From assembly GCA_000002435.2 (NCBI GenBank), contig CM018791.1: 64,000 nucleotides of DNA. One strand, 5' to 3'. Shown piece after piece: positions 49,866 through 59,237 of the stretch. Source of the stretch: Giardia intestinalis. Taxonomy: Eukaryota. Under the pieces are notes generated by a model. The model saw only the letters and a list, made by a program, of their open reading frames with translations, did not search any database and was not told the origin of the DNA. Positions within the stretch are counted from its first letter, which is position 1; every line of letters begins with the position of its first letter. Position numbers and translations under genes: made by a program.

Positions 49866-51542
49866 TCATTTAGTGGGCTTCCTTACAGAGGTCTTTTGCT
49901 CCCCGTCTTTCTTGATCGGCGCCAGCGCCTGGGGCTTAACGCGAGAGCCAGAAAGTGGGGCCAGGGCACCAGCCGAGCCAGGAGCCTTTGCGCTTCCAAG
50001 GCGCTCCTGTGGCTTACTGCGCAGTCCCTTGTCTCCGGAAAGAGAAGACGTCGAGCTTGTCTGACTGTTTGCGGGGATGGTCATTTTGGTGAGGTTCTTT
50101 GCACTAGCACCTGTTCCAGTCTGGCCGTTCGGGAGCTCCGGCTTAGCCAAGCCAGCAGCAGCCTTGGGCTTATCTGGCATCGAATGCGTTGGTCGTCCCA
50201 CCGGCTGTTTTTCAGGAGCAGGGCGGATCGTGTTCTTTAAGGATGGTTTCGTGGCTTGCTTTGCCGATTGTGTAGTGGCAAGAGGAGCAGCTGGCTCTGG
50301 TGCCTCGGTTGGGTCAGGTATGTTGGCCATCCAAATGCCATATCCGGCGCCGCCATATGCAACGTAGCGCGTGTCAGGAGACATCGCGGTGGCAAACCCG
50401 CTCTTTGGAAGGCGCACACCCCCTAAGACTTCACCTGTTTTATAATCCAGCACCTTTGCCTCGTTCGCCCCACTGCCACATGCAGATACCAGAGGGATAG
50501 CAGGGTTTTTGGACACACTAACAGAGTAGATAAGGGTGGTCTCTAAGGTGTTGGCTACTAGTTTGGACTTCCACGGCGCTTCAGTGCCGCTAGTGTCTAA
50601 CATAAGCTCCATGCCAATCTTTGCAGCTTTTCGCTCTAGCTCCCTATCTGCATCACTGTCGCTGCCCGATTGCTCATCTTCTAGTGCAGCAACTTGATCT
50701 GTATATGCTGCAATGCGCTCTGCCCGGAGCTTGTTCTTTGCTTCCTCTTTGCAGTCGTCCAGGTAAGCGTCGATTGCAACCTGGTACTCCTCTACACTAG
50801 CAGCAGGAGGAACGTGCTTTGACCAGTCATAGATTGCAAGGGTATCACGAGTGCGCAGATCGTAGACATGAATTTGATCTGTCCCCTTCCATGACCCCAC
50901 AACTAAGTAGCTCCCCACGGTGTCCAGAGACTCCCCGCACACATTGGGGCCATAGTAGGACCAAACAGAGTGGCCAACGCGGATGTCCCAGATCTGAATA
51001 GTGTTGTCCCAGCCACCAGATGCGATTATATTGGCATCGTCTGCTCTATAACGGGCTGAAAATATCCGGTTCGCATGACCAGAAGTCGTCTCCTCATTTC
51101 CATGTCGCAAGGAGCACAAGAGCTGGTTGGTACTCTCGTCGTAACAGCGGATCACCATGTCCTTGCCGGCCGTCAGAAAGGACGTTCCATCAGGACTAAA
51201 TGTACAGGTGTATAGCTCATTGTTGTCCTCGGTGAACGTATGTAACATTGACCCTCGGGAGACGTGCCAATGACACACTTGACCAACTGACGACACGCTC
51301 AACAGAAGAGGAACGGAGCCTGCGCTAGTGACGTTGCAGAACGAGAGAGATGGAATGGGGTGCTGGCTGCTGTGCTGCAGCTTGTGAAGTCTCCGCCCGG
51401 AGGCCGGGTTGTAGAGACGAGCAGTCCCATCGCCGTACCCAGCTGCGAGAACAGCGCCGTCAGCAGAGAACTCTAGCTTGTAAATATCCAGGGGGTCGTC
51501 ACGGATCTCCGGCCGGAGCTTGAAAGGAGGACAGGCTTTCAT
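49866..51542 (-). CDS. WD40-repeat protein with an acidic insertion and a low-complexity Pro/Lys/Ala-rich tail
   Basis: Multiple WD-type repeats (…GDGTARLYN, …VCHWHV, …VIRCYD, …TIQIWDI, …IHVYDL). ATG at 51542. Confidence 0.85.
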   Translation of the reverse strand: MKACPPFKLRPEIRDDPLDIYKLEFSADGAVLAAGYGDGTARLYNPASGRRLHKLQHSSQHPIPSLSFCNVTSAGSVPLLLSVSSVGQVCHWHVSRGSMLHTFTEDNNELYTCTFSPDGTSFLTAGKDMVIRCYDESTNQLLCSLRHGNEETTSGHANRIFSARYRADDANIIASGGWDNTIQIWDIRVGHSVWSYYGPNVCGESLDTVGSYLVVGSWKGTDQIHVYDLRTRDTLAIYDWSKHVPPAASVEEYQVAIDAYLDDCKEEAKNKLRAERIAAYTDQVAALEDEQSGSDSDADRELERKAAKIGMELMLDTSGTEAPWKSKLVANTLETTLIYSVSVSKNPAIPLVSACGSGANEAKVLDYKTGEVLGGVRLPKSGFATAMSPDTRYVAYGGAGYGIWMANIPDPTEAPEPAAPLATTQSAKQATKPSLKNTIRPAPEKQPVGRPTHSMPDKPKAAAGLAKPELPNGQTGTGASAKNLTKMTIPANSQTSSTSSLSGDKGLRSKPQERLGSAKAPGSAGALAPLSGSRVKPQALAPIKKDGEQKTSVRKPTK

Positions 51543-53267
51543 TAGAAGTGCTTCGCCTGACGGTTATAATAGCAATTTCCATTAAAATATATGGTTAACA
51601 TGTACACTACTTCCTCTGCCAAGGTAGCCCTTCCCAATGGCAACACACCCCAGCAAATGGGCAGTCTGACTGTTCAACAAACATTGCTGTAAGAACACTA
51701 CGATCGTGTAATAACTGTCAATCCTACTGTAACTTTTGATATGTACTAGATTGGTCTCGCATAAATTAAAATTTACTAGCCCGTGATAGGATGAAACCGG
51801 TGCTAGCATATGCACCCACGTAGAGTCGTAAGCAAGCAATCTTGAAGGAAATCCATTCTATGGCCATCAGAGAACGCTGCTCCAGAAAGCAAAGCAGGGG
51901 CGAGACAACTGATCTTTGAGTGGAAACAATGCATCAATTGAAGAGACCGTGAAGCAGGCATTCAGTGCTAGGGACATGTTAGTCAATTCTGGTCTGATGA
52001 CACAAAGTCTGCTACCGATCGAGTGAGATAGCCCTTCCTCGGCCAAAACGATGCATATAGCAGTAACCCTTGCTTTGTCTGCCATAAGAAACTCGCCTCT
52101 ATAAGATGTGGCGCACAAGGAAGGCAAGTTGCCTCCAAAAACTTGTTCCATAGTCATCGAGCCACGTACCCCCTAGCTGAACGGCAATTCATGGGAATGT
52201 CCGGCAAAAGAGCCCCATATATCGCCGAAAGCGTAGAGAAACAGCGTGTAGTACTCCAAAAGATAAAACAGATCCGTCGCGTCTCGTAGGCGTGGCACAG
52301 AATAAAAGCGTGCAGCCAGGGAACAAGTGCAGAGCGAAATAAGCATTGCTAAGCGTTTAGAGCTGCAATGCAGTGAAACAAAAGCATAGAATCGTGGAGC
52401 TGTAGTGAGAAGTGGGCAGTCGCATCCTTGTGGAAGACGCCGAGCCACACAAGCCCCACGCCATGTAGCAGTGCATCAAAGGGGGTGCAGTATGTGCTAA
52501 TTTTCAAAGAAGGACATGTAAACACTCCTCCACCACAATTATAATAAAAAGCGAGCTACTTGGAGTCGTGTCGTCACTCACTTGTACCTGGAACCTGCAC
52601 GCCTGCTCATAACTGTGCCGCGCACACTCAGCTGGGCAATCTGTGCACTGTCTGGAGCTATTGTGATAGGTGACAGCCCCTTCTCAAGTCCGCTTGGGGC
52701 CATGGGTGGACGCCAACCGAAAGATCCTGGGCTGTAGAGCCCCGGGCTGCGAGATACCATTCCTATATGCTGGAAATACGTACGTACAGCTGCTCTGCCT
52801 CAGAGTAGCCTCGGAAACGGCCGATTTGTGCAACTTGCCATGAAAACTGGATTTCAGGTCAAACGCAAATCAATTTCGAAAGAGCCATCACTTTTACCAA
52901 AAGAAATAAGACGGCGGTACACATGCCACAGCATGGTGCCAGGTGCCATCAACCCTCAATAGAACCTTACTGTAAGCCCCCGCTATTTTACTGTAAGCTG
53001 GACAAATGATTTTGACAAGGACAATTATCGCGAACCGCAGGATATGGGCCGCTGCAGATGGCAATGAATGTAAACTAACAGAGTTGTAAACAGTGTTTGG
53101 TCCCGCCTAGGTCATGGGATGAAAGGGCGGTCAACTTTGTCTCTGCAGGACAGAGGCGCTCCGCAAGAAGCCATGTGACACATACTAAAGAACAACACGA
53201 TCATGTTAGAAAGCTAATAATACAGGTGAGTTACATGAAAATTAAATGTCCAGTAAGCTGTAAAAAA

Positions 53268-54242
53268 ATGGATCTGCTCAATACGTATAGCCCGAAGCAT
53301 CTCTCTATCTTGTCGGCCGTCGCCGCGCACGTAAAAGAGGTTCTGTTTCTTCCGTCTACAGTGGAAGAGCTGCTTGAAAACCTAGAGTACCTGCACAAGT
53401 GTGTCAGCAAGGTTCGGGTCAAGTGGCAGGCAATATCAAAGGACATCGGTATCACAGGACGGGAAGCATATAGATGGTATAACGAGGTGCACGTCCGTAA
53501 GCTGTTTCGCGGTATCATGACCCCCGAGGACCGCCAAGCCCTCCAAGGGATTATTCTACAAGGAATTTATGACAGAAGCATCCTTCTGCCTAACTTTCGG
53601 AAGGTTGCTCGGTCTAAGCTGTGTGCTGATTACCCTCTCCAGATCTTCACAATGACATACAATAACCTTTTGCGGTCGAAGACTGTGCGAGAGGCTCTGA
53701 TCTACGAGAGGGTGCTGCTCCCGATGCGCTCGGCTCCCTCCAGGCCGTCCAGGCAGCCCGCCCCCGAGGTGTCTGGGCCCGCTCCGGTTAGCCAGGTCGC
53801 CATGGAACCCCCTCCGTATTTTCCACGATTTCCCTCTGTGGCTCCCCCGCCCCAGATGGTTCCACCTTACATGGCTCCTCCACCCCACATGCGCCATCCA
53901 TTTTTCGGTATAGAGTCCCACCAGGCCCAAAGCTGGCCAAATCCTTTTGCTTGTAGCGTTCCACTGGATAGAGTTTATCCCTACTCCTATCCCTATCCAT
54001 ACTCGGGTGAGTACGCGCACAATTTCGCTCCCGATGCGCCTCTCCCTGGTATGAGAGACGCCCCCATGGGCAACTCGGGATTGTACCTGAGTACTGCCCC
54101 GGACATGAATTCGTCTTGTTCTGGTCACTCGTTTTTCGACGAGATAGCCAATAAAAGTGATAGCAATCAGGTTCTATTGGCTTCTAGCGTGGCCCAAGGA
54201 GACTATTCTTCTGGTTCGAGCTACGATCATATGCATGTATAG
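53268..54242 (+). CDS. Single-copy paralogue of the palindrome arm gene: Myb/SANT-like protein with a Pro/Tyr-rich tail (324 aa)
   Basis: The track start at 53097 is TTG. ATG 53268 follows taaaaaa and restores collinearity with the arm protein, with 50 residues before the conserved W in both. Conserved blocks: VKWQAISKDI..YRWYNEVH, MTPEDRQAL, DRSILLPNF, TMTYNNLLRSKTVREAL. Ordinary GC content. Confidence 0.75.
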   Translation: MDLLNTYSPKHLSILSAVAAHVKEVLFLPSTVEELLENLEYLHKCVSKVRVKWQAISKDIGITGREAYRWYNEVHVRKLFRGIMTPEDRQALQGIILQGIYDRSILLPNFRKVARSKLCADYPLQIFTMTYNNLLRSKTVREALIYERVLLPMRSAPSRPSRQPAPEVSGPAPVSQVAMEPPPYFPRFPSVAPPPQMVPPYMAPPPHMRHPFFGIESHQAQSWPNPFACSVPLDRVYPYSYPYPYSGEYAHNFAPDAPLPGMRDAPMGNSGLYLSTAPDMNSSCSGHSFFDEIANKSDSNQVLLASSVAQGDYSSGSSYDHMHV

Positions 54243-54278
54243 GTTAGATTATAAATTCTTCAAGAGTAAATAGTCGTT

Positions 54279-55229
54279 ATGGACTCGCTTCTGGCGGCAA
54301 TAGCAAGCCTGCGCGAGAACCCGGGAGCGAGGGGGGTGCAGACCGATAACGTTATCCTACAGGACCGGGCTCAGGGGCTGACCACGGTTGTCCTGCGGCG
54401 CAGAGAGGCCTTAGAGTCGAAGGTTAAGAGTCTCAAGTCTCAGACACCAGATGCACTGGGATCGCCAGACCCAGCTGACCAGCTTGTGATGGCGCCACAC
54501 AATGGCCTTATACTCATCAGGAACAGATTCAACATTATGGATGTACATCTACTCCTCTGCGCTGCAGAATTCGTCCATCAACTACAGCCTCTGGTGCTGA
54601 GTGACATGGAAGTAGTGCAGCCTCTTCTAGGGCGCGGAATTTTGGCTGCGTACAATGCCGGCAAGCTATCAGGGGCCAGTCAGCCCCGCAAACACATCCA
54701 ATTGATAGGGCTTCCTTTCCTCTCCAAGAATGAGTGGAATGTCTTTCCACTGAGGGCCCTTGTAGAACGTGAGCTTTCAGACCCAGATAGATGTGATGAA
54801 CCAGCTCAACTTTCCGTGTTTGCTGGGCGGAACCACGGGGTGATTCGCTTCAAAAGACCTCCATCACCAGCGAAGCTATATGCGCATTACACCAAGCTCC
54901 TAGAATATTGCAATGCTGGTGATCTTATCACCGTCAACAAGCACGAACTCGGCCTAGGCTTCGACAGGCCCTCGGCCAGTGCGCCTGAAGATGCTAGTGA
55001 TGAGTGCATGGTACAGGTTTATCGCCGCGATTTTTCATTGCTCATTGCTGAGGAGTTCATCTTCATAGGTGTGCGCGAAACTGAAAAGCCCTTTGAAATA
55101 GGGTGTAACAGCATAAGCTACACAGGAAACCTGTTTGTTAGCAGTGATGATCAGGAGCGGACAGTCGCTGAGGTGGGGCCGTTTGCTGTGCTGGCTGCGG
55201 GTCTGGAAGAACTTCCGCCTAAAAAATAA
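54279..55229 (+). CDS. Hypothetical protein (316 aa)
   Basis: Clean ATG-to-TAA ORF with no recognisable domain. Its stop overlaps the start of the next gene (TAATG at 55227-55231). Confidence 0.7.
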   Translation: MDSLLAAIASLRENPGARGVQTDNVILQDRAQGLTTVVLRRREALESKVKSLKSQTPDALGSPDPADQLVMAPHNGLILIRNRFNIMDVHLLLCAAEFVHQLQPLVLSDMEVVQPLLGRGILAAYNAGKLSGASQPRKHIQLIGLPFLSKNEWNVFPLRALVERELSDPDRCDEPAQLSVFAGRNHGVIRFKRPPSPAKLYAHYTKLLEYCNAGDLITVNKHELGLGFDRPSASAPEDASDECMVQVYRRDFSLLIAEEFIFIGVRETEKPFEIGCNSISYTGNLFVSSDDQERTVAEVGPFAVLAAGLEELPPKK

Positions 55230-56119
55230 TGTCTGCCACGGTATCCACAGTGTCCGCGGATCTTCACAAAGCAATAGATGCTGGAGACGAGGACAAGATA
55301 ACCAAGATTACTGCGTCGTATGGATCTGAGCAGCGCGATAAGATCATTCCAGCCTATCACGCAAACTATGGCATCCCTCCCTCGGAAGCCATCCGCAAAG
55401 CGTTTAAGACAGGCTTCTATGAAACAATGATTGTGCACGCGTGGACTTCACGCTTTGAGCTCCGGGCGAAATTGATTCACGAGTCTATTAAAGGGAAGAT
55501 AGATGTGATAACACTACTGGATCTGGTTATAGCTTGCATGCCTGACGACTGGTACGGCACGAAGGTCTGTTACACAAAGCTCTATGGACGCGAACTTGTT
55601 AGAGAAATAGACGAAGTGATAGGGGTGGGTACTCCTTGGCAGAGTCTTGTTTCTGGCTGGGTCAAGCATGATAGAAAGTATCGCAAGTCAATAAAGAGTG
55701 ATGCGGAGGCGTTTCGAATGGCGCTAGACAGTGACAACTACGAAGTCCTCGGAAGTATGCTTGCGACAAGTGTCCCAGATGAATGGATGCGGATTGCCGC
55801 TGCATACGAAGAGACCACTGGGATGCCTATTGACCAGGCGATTGCATCCCGGTACGTGAAGGTGGACCAGACGGCCTTAATTCTAGCACACCACTGGCTT
55901 TGCGACCCGGGCCAGGCGGCTGCGTATATCTGCTCTCAGTGTTGCGCTGAGCGCAAAGGCAACTACGCACGGATTTGTCGCTTCACCTCCATGATGTACG
56001 ACCATTGCCTGAAGTGCAAGTACGCCTACAGGGCGTATGGGTCCCTCGCAATGGATATTCGGAAATGCTTCGAGCCTAAGCTAGCAAAGCATCTGCTAGT
56101 CTTTTGGCGCGTGGAGTAG
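55229..56119 (+). CDS. alpha-giardin (annexin-like), array member 1 of 4
   Basis: 296 aa with the family architecture and C-terminus (RFTSMMYDHCLKCKYAYRAYG…FWRVE). Confidence 0.9.
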   Translation: MSATVSTVSADLHKAIDAGDEDKITKITASYGSEQRDKIIPAYHANYGIPPSEAIRKAFKTGFYETMIVHAWTSRFELRAKLIHESIKGKIDVITLLDLVIACMPDDWYGTKVCYTKLYGRELVREIDEVIGVGTPWQSLVSGWVKHDRKYRKSIKSDAEAFRMALDSDNYEVLGSMLATSVPDEWMRIAAAYEETTGMPIDQAIASRYVKVDQTALILAHHWLCDPGQAAAYICSQCCAERKGNYARICRFTSMMYDHCLKCKYAYRAYGSLAMDIRKCFEPKLAKHLLVFWRVE

Positions 56120-56226
56120 TCTAGAGTTTGCGCATCTCATGAGTAAAGGCATGGTCTACTTGCAGTTTGAAACACGGTCATAATACTTTGGATAATTTGG
56201 CAGGCATCCAAAAAATAAAACCGCAA

Positions 56227-57120
56227 ATGGTCACCACGGTCCAAGATCTTGCAGAGCAGCTGAGGCAGGCTGTCGAAAGTTCCAATGAGCAGATGATAGC
56301 AGGACTGGCTAGCGCATACAGCGGTAAAGAACGAGAGAAGGTTCTGAGGGCGTATCTGAGCGCAACAGGTACCACTGCTGCCGACGCTATTCGTAAGGCC
56401 CTCAAGAACGGCCCCACCGAGAACTTGCTCGCCTATCTTTGGGATAAGCCCGGAGATGTGCGTGCCAAACTTATCCGCAACGCGCTTTCGGGGAAGAACG
56501 ACGAAGCTGCCCTTATTGACCTTGTTATCCACTGCAGTTCTGAGGATTGGTACAATACATGCACGGAGTATACAACAGATTACAAAAGGGTTCTCAACGA
56601 CGACCTTCTTTCAGACATAGGGACAAAGGAGCAGTGGACAAAGGTTTTCAAGCACTGGATCCTCCACAAGAGGTCTGACCGCTTCGACATCGATGGAGAT
56701 GAGAAGCGCCTGGTCACAGCCATCGGCAAGAAGGACTACGACACCATTGCAGAGATGCTAGGAACCACATCGGTCAGCGAGTACGCAAACATAGTCAGGA
56801 GAGCTGAGGTAACCTTGGGCAAAACCATAGACCAGGCCCTCTCTGCGGTCTGGTCTAAGCAAGACTTGGCAGTGCTTCTAGCCGCGCACTACGAGCTCCT
56901 CCACCCGGCGCGTCTAGCCTTCCACTTGCTTAAGCAGGCGCTCGACGGCAAAAAGCCCGATGAGGCGCGCATCATACGCATCACGGCCCTTACTTTCGAC
57001 ACCTGCCTTGCGGTGAAGTATGCAGCATCCGAGGCTGGCTACGACATTGGTTCTGCATTCGCTAAGGCCCTAGATAAGCGTCTCGCTCCCCTGATTAAAA
57101 TCCTCTGGCGTGTTATGTAA
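56227..57120 (+). CDS. alpha-giardin, array member 2 of 4
   Basis: The track start at 56167 is TTG; ATG 56227 follows aaaaaataaaaccgcaa. Family C-terminus present (RITALTFDTCLAVKYAASEAG…LWRVM). Confidence 0.9.
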   Translation: MVTTVQDLAEQLRQAVESSNEQMIAGLASAYSGKEREKVLRAYLSATGTTAADAIRKALKNGPTENLLAYLWDKPGDVRAKLIRNALSGKNDEAALIDLVIHCSSEDWYNTCTEYTTDYKRVLNDDLLSDIGTKEQWTKVFKHWILHKRSDRFDIDGDEKRLVTAIGKKDYDTIAEMLGTTSVSEYANIVRRAEVTLGKTIDQALSAVWSKQDLAVLLAAHYELLHPARLAFHLLKQALDGKKPDEARIIRITALTFDTCLAVKYAASEAGYDIGSAFAKALDKRLAPLIKILWRVM

Positions 57121-57318
57121 AGGCGGCTATTACGCTTTCGAGTAAACGATCTCCAGTTGTGTGAGCCAAAGGAGAAACAGTGGCCGGCTCCCTCTTTTTG
57201 TTTTCTGGCCCAGGTTCTCTAGGAGCCCATCTACGGTTTACCTGGGCTCGTATGAAGCCCTGTAAACCTTCGAACCCTTCGCATCAGTTGGTAGAGGTCT
57301 CAGGGGCAGGAAAAAATA

Positions 57319-58227
57319 ATGACGTCCACTGTTGCTCAGATATGCTCGGATCTCAAGGGGGCTATCGACAAAAAAGACGAGCTTCGAATTGCCTTCATTG
57401 CCTCTGAATATTCGTCGCCGAGTCGTCTTAAAATCGCGCAGAGCTATGAAGCAACCTACAAAACCCCGATCACTGAAGCCATCAAAAAGTCCCTGAAAGG
57501 AGGAACTGCCGAGGATTTACTGGTGAATATGTGGGTCAGTAGACATGAGCATCGCGCAGAGCTGATAAATAAAGCCCTAGGCGGTTCCAGCGACGAAGAG
57601 GCGATTCGCGAACTGGTGTTTCTCTGCAATCCTGAAGATTGGCACGAGACCGCGTCTGTTTATAACCAAAAGTATCAGAAGATCATGCAGGACGCCGTCA
57701 CAAAGGCGATTGGAAGCAAAAGTCATTGGGCAAAGCTTGTGGCAGGTTGGATGGAACACAAACGTGAAGATAGGGGGTCGGTTGAAAACGATGTCAAGTA
57801 TTTGAAGGAGCTCATAGACGCACCCGTGACGGACGGAAATGCGTTAGCGCAATTCTTTGCCAGCACAACCCCTGATGAGTACACTCAGATAGCAGACAAG
57901 TTTTGCGAAGAATATAATTTAAGCATTGATCAGGCTCTTGTGAGGCCGCTAAAGGAGAACGAAGACGATCTGGAGGCATATGCTGCTGCCCACTTTGCGC
58001 TCCACGGGCTTCCCGTCTTGGCGGCCCAACTCATCAACAAAGCATGCAGACCCAAGAACGGAAACGAGCGAAGTATCTGCAGAATAACAACCCTCATGGT
58101 TGATCAGTGCTTGGCGGCAAAGTATGCGTATAAACTCTATGGAGACATGGGGGCAGACCTGTCTCGCTGCTTTGACGAGCGAATGGCCCCTATTTTGCGC
58201 ACGCTATGGCGCGTCACAGATGCATAG
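57319..58227 (+). CDS. alpha-giardin, array member 3 of 4
   Basis: ATG behind ggaaaaaataATG. Family motifs present (RITTLMVDQCLAAKYAYKLYGDMGADLSRCFDERMAPILRTLWRV). Confidence 0.9.
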   Translation: MTSTVAQICSDLKGAIDKKDELRIAFIASEYSSPSRLKIAQSYEATYKTPITEAIKKSLKGGTAEDLLVNMWVSRHEHRAELINKALGGSSDEEAIRELVFLCNPEDWHETASVYNQKYQKIMQDAVTKAIGSKSHWAKLVAGWMEHKREDRGSVENDVKYLKELIDAPVTDGNALAQFFASTTPDEYTQIADKFCEEYNLSIDQALVRPLKENEDDLEAYAAAHFALHGLPVLAAQLINKACRPKNGNERSICRITTLMVDQCLAAKYAYKLYGDMGADLSRCFDERMAPILRTLWRVTDA

Positions 58228-58296
58228 GATAAGCGAACTCATGATGGAAATTCAAATTACCTTAAAATATATTTTCTGAGCGCTTACATTTAGAAA

Positions 58297-59187
58297 ATGC
58301 CGAAGCTATCCCAGATCGTCGCTGACATGAAGCAGGCCATCGATGCCAAGGACGAGGCCCAGATCGCGTTCATAGCGTCGGAATACTCTGCAGATGCGCG
58401 TCAGAGGATTGCGCAGGGGTACAGGGACCAATACGGCAAGGAGCTCCCCGACGACATCAAGAAGGCGCTCAAGGGCGGCTCCGAGGAGAGCCTCCTGATG
58501 GATCTCTTCAGCGATCGTCACGAGGTCCGCGCCCAGCACATCCGCGACGCGCTTTCCGGCAAGAACGACCACATGGCCTTCTTCGACACAGTCATTCTGT
58601 GCACCCCCGAAGACTGGCACGAGACCGTCGCCGCCTACACGAGGATGTTCAAGAAGCCCCTCGTCGAGGACTTCATGAAGGATGTCGGCCGCAAGGAGAA
58701 TTGGTGTCTTTTCATGGAGAAGTGGATGGCTCACGAGCGCACTAGCCGTGAAGGCAGCCCTGACGAGGAAGCAGAGAAACTGAACAAGGCGTTCAGTGAG
58801 AGCGACCACGACTACATTTCCAGCTTCATGGCTGGGGTGCCTCCCGAAGAATACAAGTCCATCAACACCAGCTTCAAGAGCCTTACAGGAAAGGGCATCG
58901 ACCAGGCCTTCGCCACCATCTATACGGGGACTGACTACTACTCCCTGTACTGCGCCCACTTTGCTCTTCTTGGCATGCACAAGCTTGCCGCCTACCTGGT
59001 CAACTGCGCCTGCAACGATAAGGGCGACGAGAAGCGCATGAGGAGGATCACGGGCATGATGGTCGACAAGTGCTTGGCTGCAAAGTATGCCTACAAGACC
59101 TACGGGAGTATGAAAGCCGACGTCGAAAGGTGCTTTGATAAGCGCATGGCTCCGATCCTCTGTACCCTCTGGCGCCTAAGGGAGTGA
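58297..59187 (+). CDS. alpha-giardin of the alpha-1/alpha-2 type, array member 4 of 4
   Basis: Very close to the alpha-1/alpha-2 giardin sequences as I remember them (MPK…AIDAKDE.QIAFIASEYSA…GKELPDDIKKALKGGSEESLLMDLFSDRHEVRAQHIRDALSG…RMRRITGMMVDKCL). An AGTGAAT poly(A) signal lies at 59217-59223. I cannot fix the paralogue number without a database. Confidence 0.95.
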   Translation: MPKLSQIVADMKQAIDAKDEAQIAFIASEYSADARQRIAQGYRDQYGKELPDDIKKALKGGSEESLLMDLFSDRHEVRAQHIRDALSGKNDHMAFFDTVILCTPEDWHETVAAYTRMFKKPLVEDFMKDVGRKENWCLFMEKWMAHERTSREGSPDEEAEKLNKAFSESDHDYISSFMAGVPPEEYKSINTSFKSLTGKGIDQAFATIYTGTDYYSLYCAHFALLGMHKLAAYLVNCACNDKGDEKRMRRITGMMVDKCLAAKYAYKTYGSMKADVERCFDKRMAPILCTLWRLRE

Positions 59188-59237
59188 GCGCCTTTACTGC
59201 GGGGTTTCCTTTCGCTAGTGAATTGCCTAGCGGGTGT

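Noticed and set aside
52173-52448. Possible conserved divergent ORF upstream of both Myb-like paralogues (arm ORF 18935..19387 minus versus 52173..52448 minus)
   Set aside because: The only similarity seen is PRF-x7-C plus a shifted AAR. Both ORFs lack an ATG start and their distances to the neighbouring gene differ. This is most likely chance.
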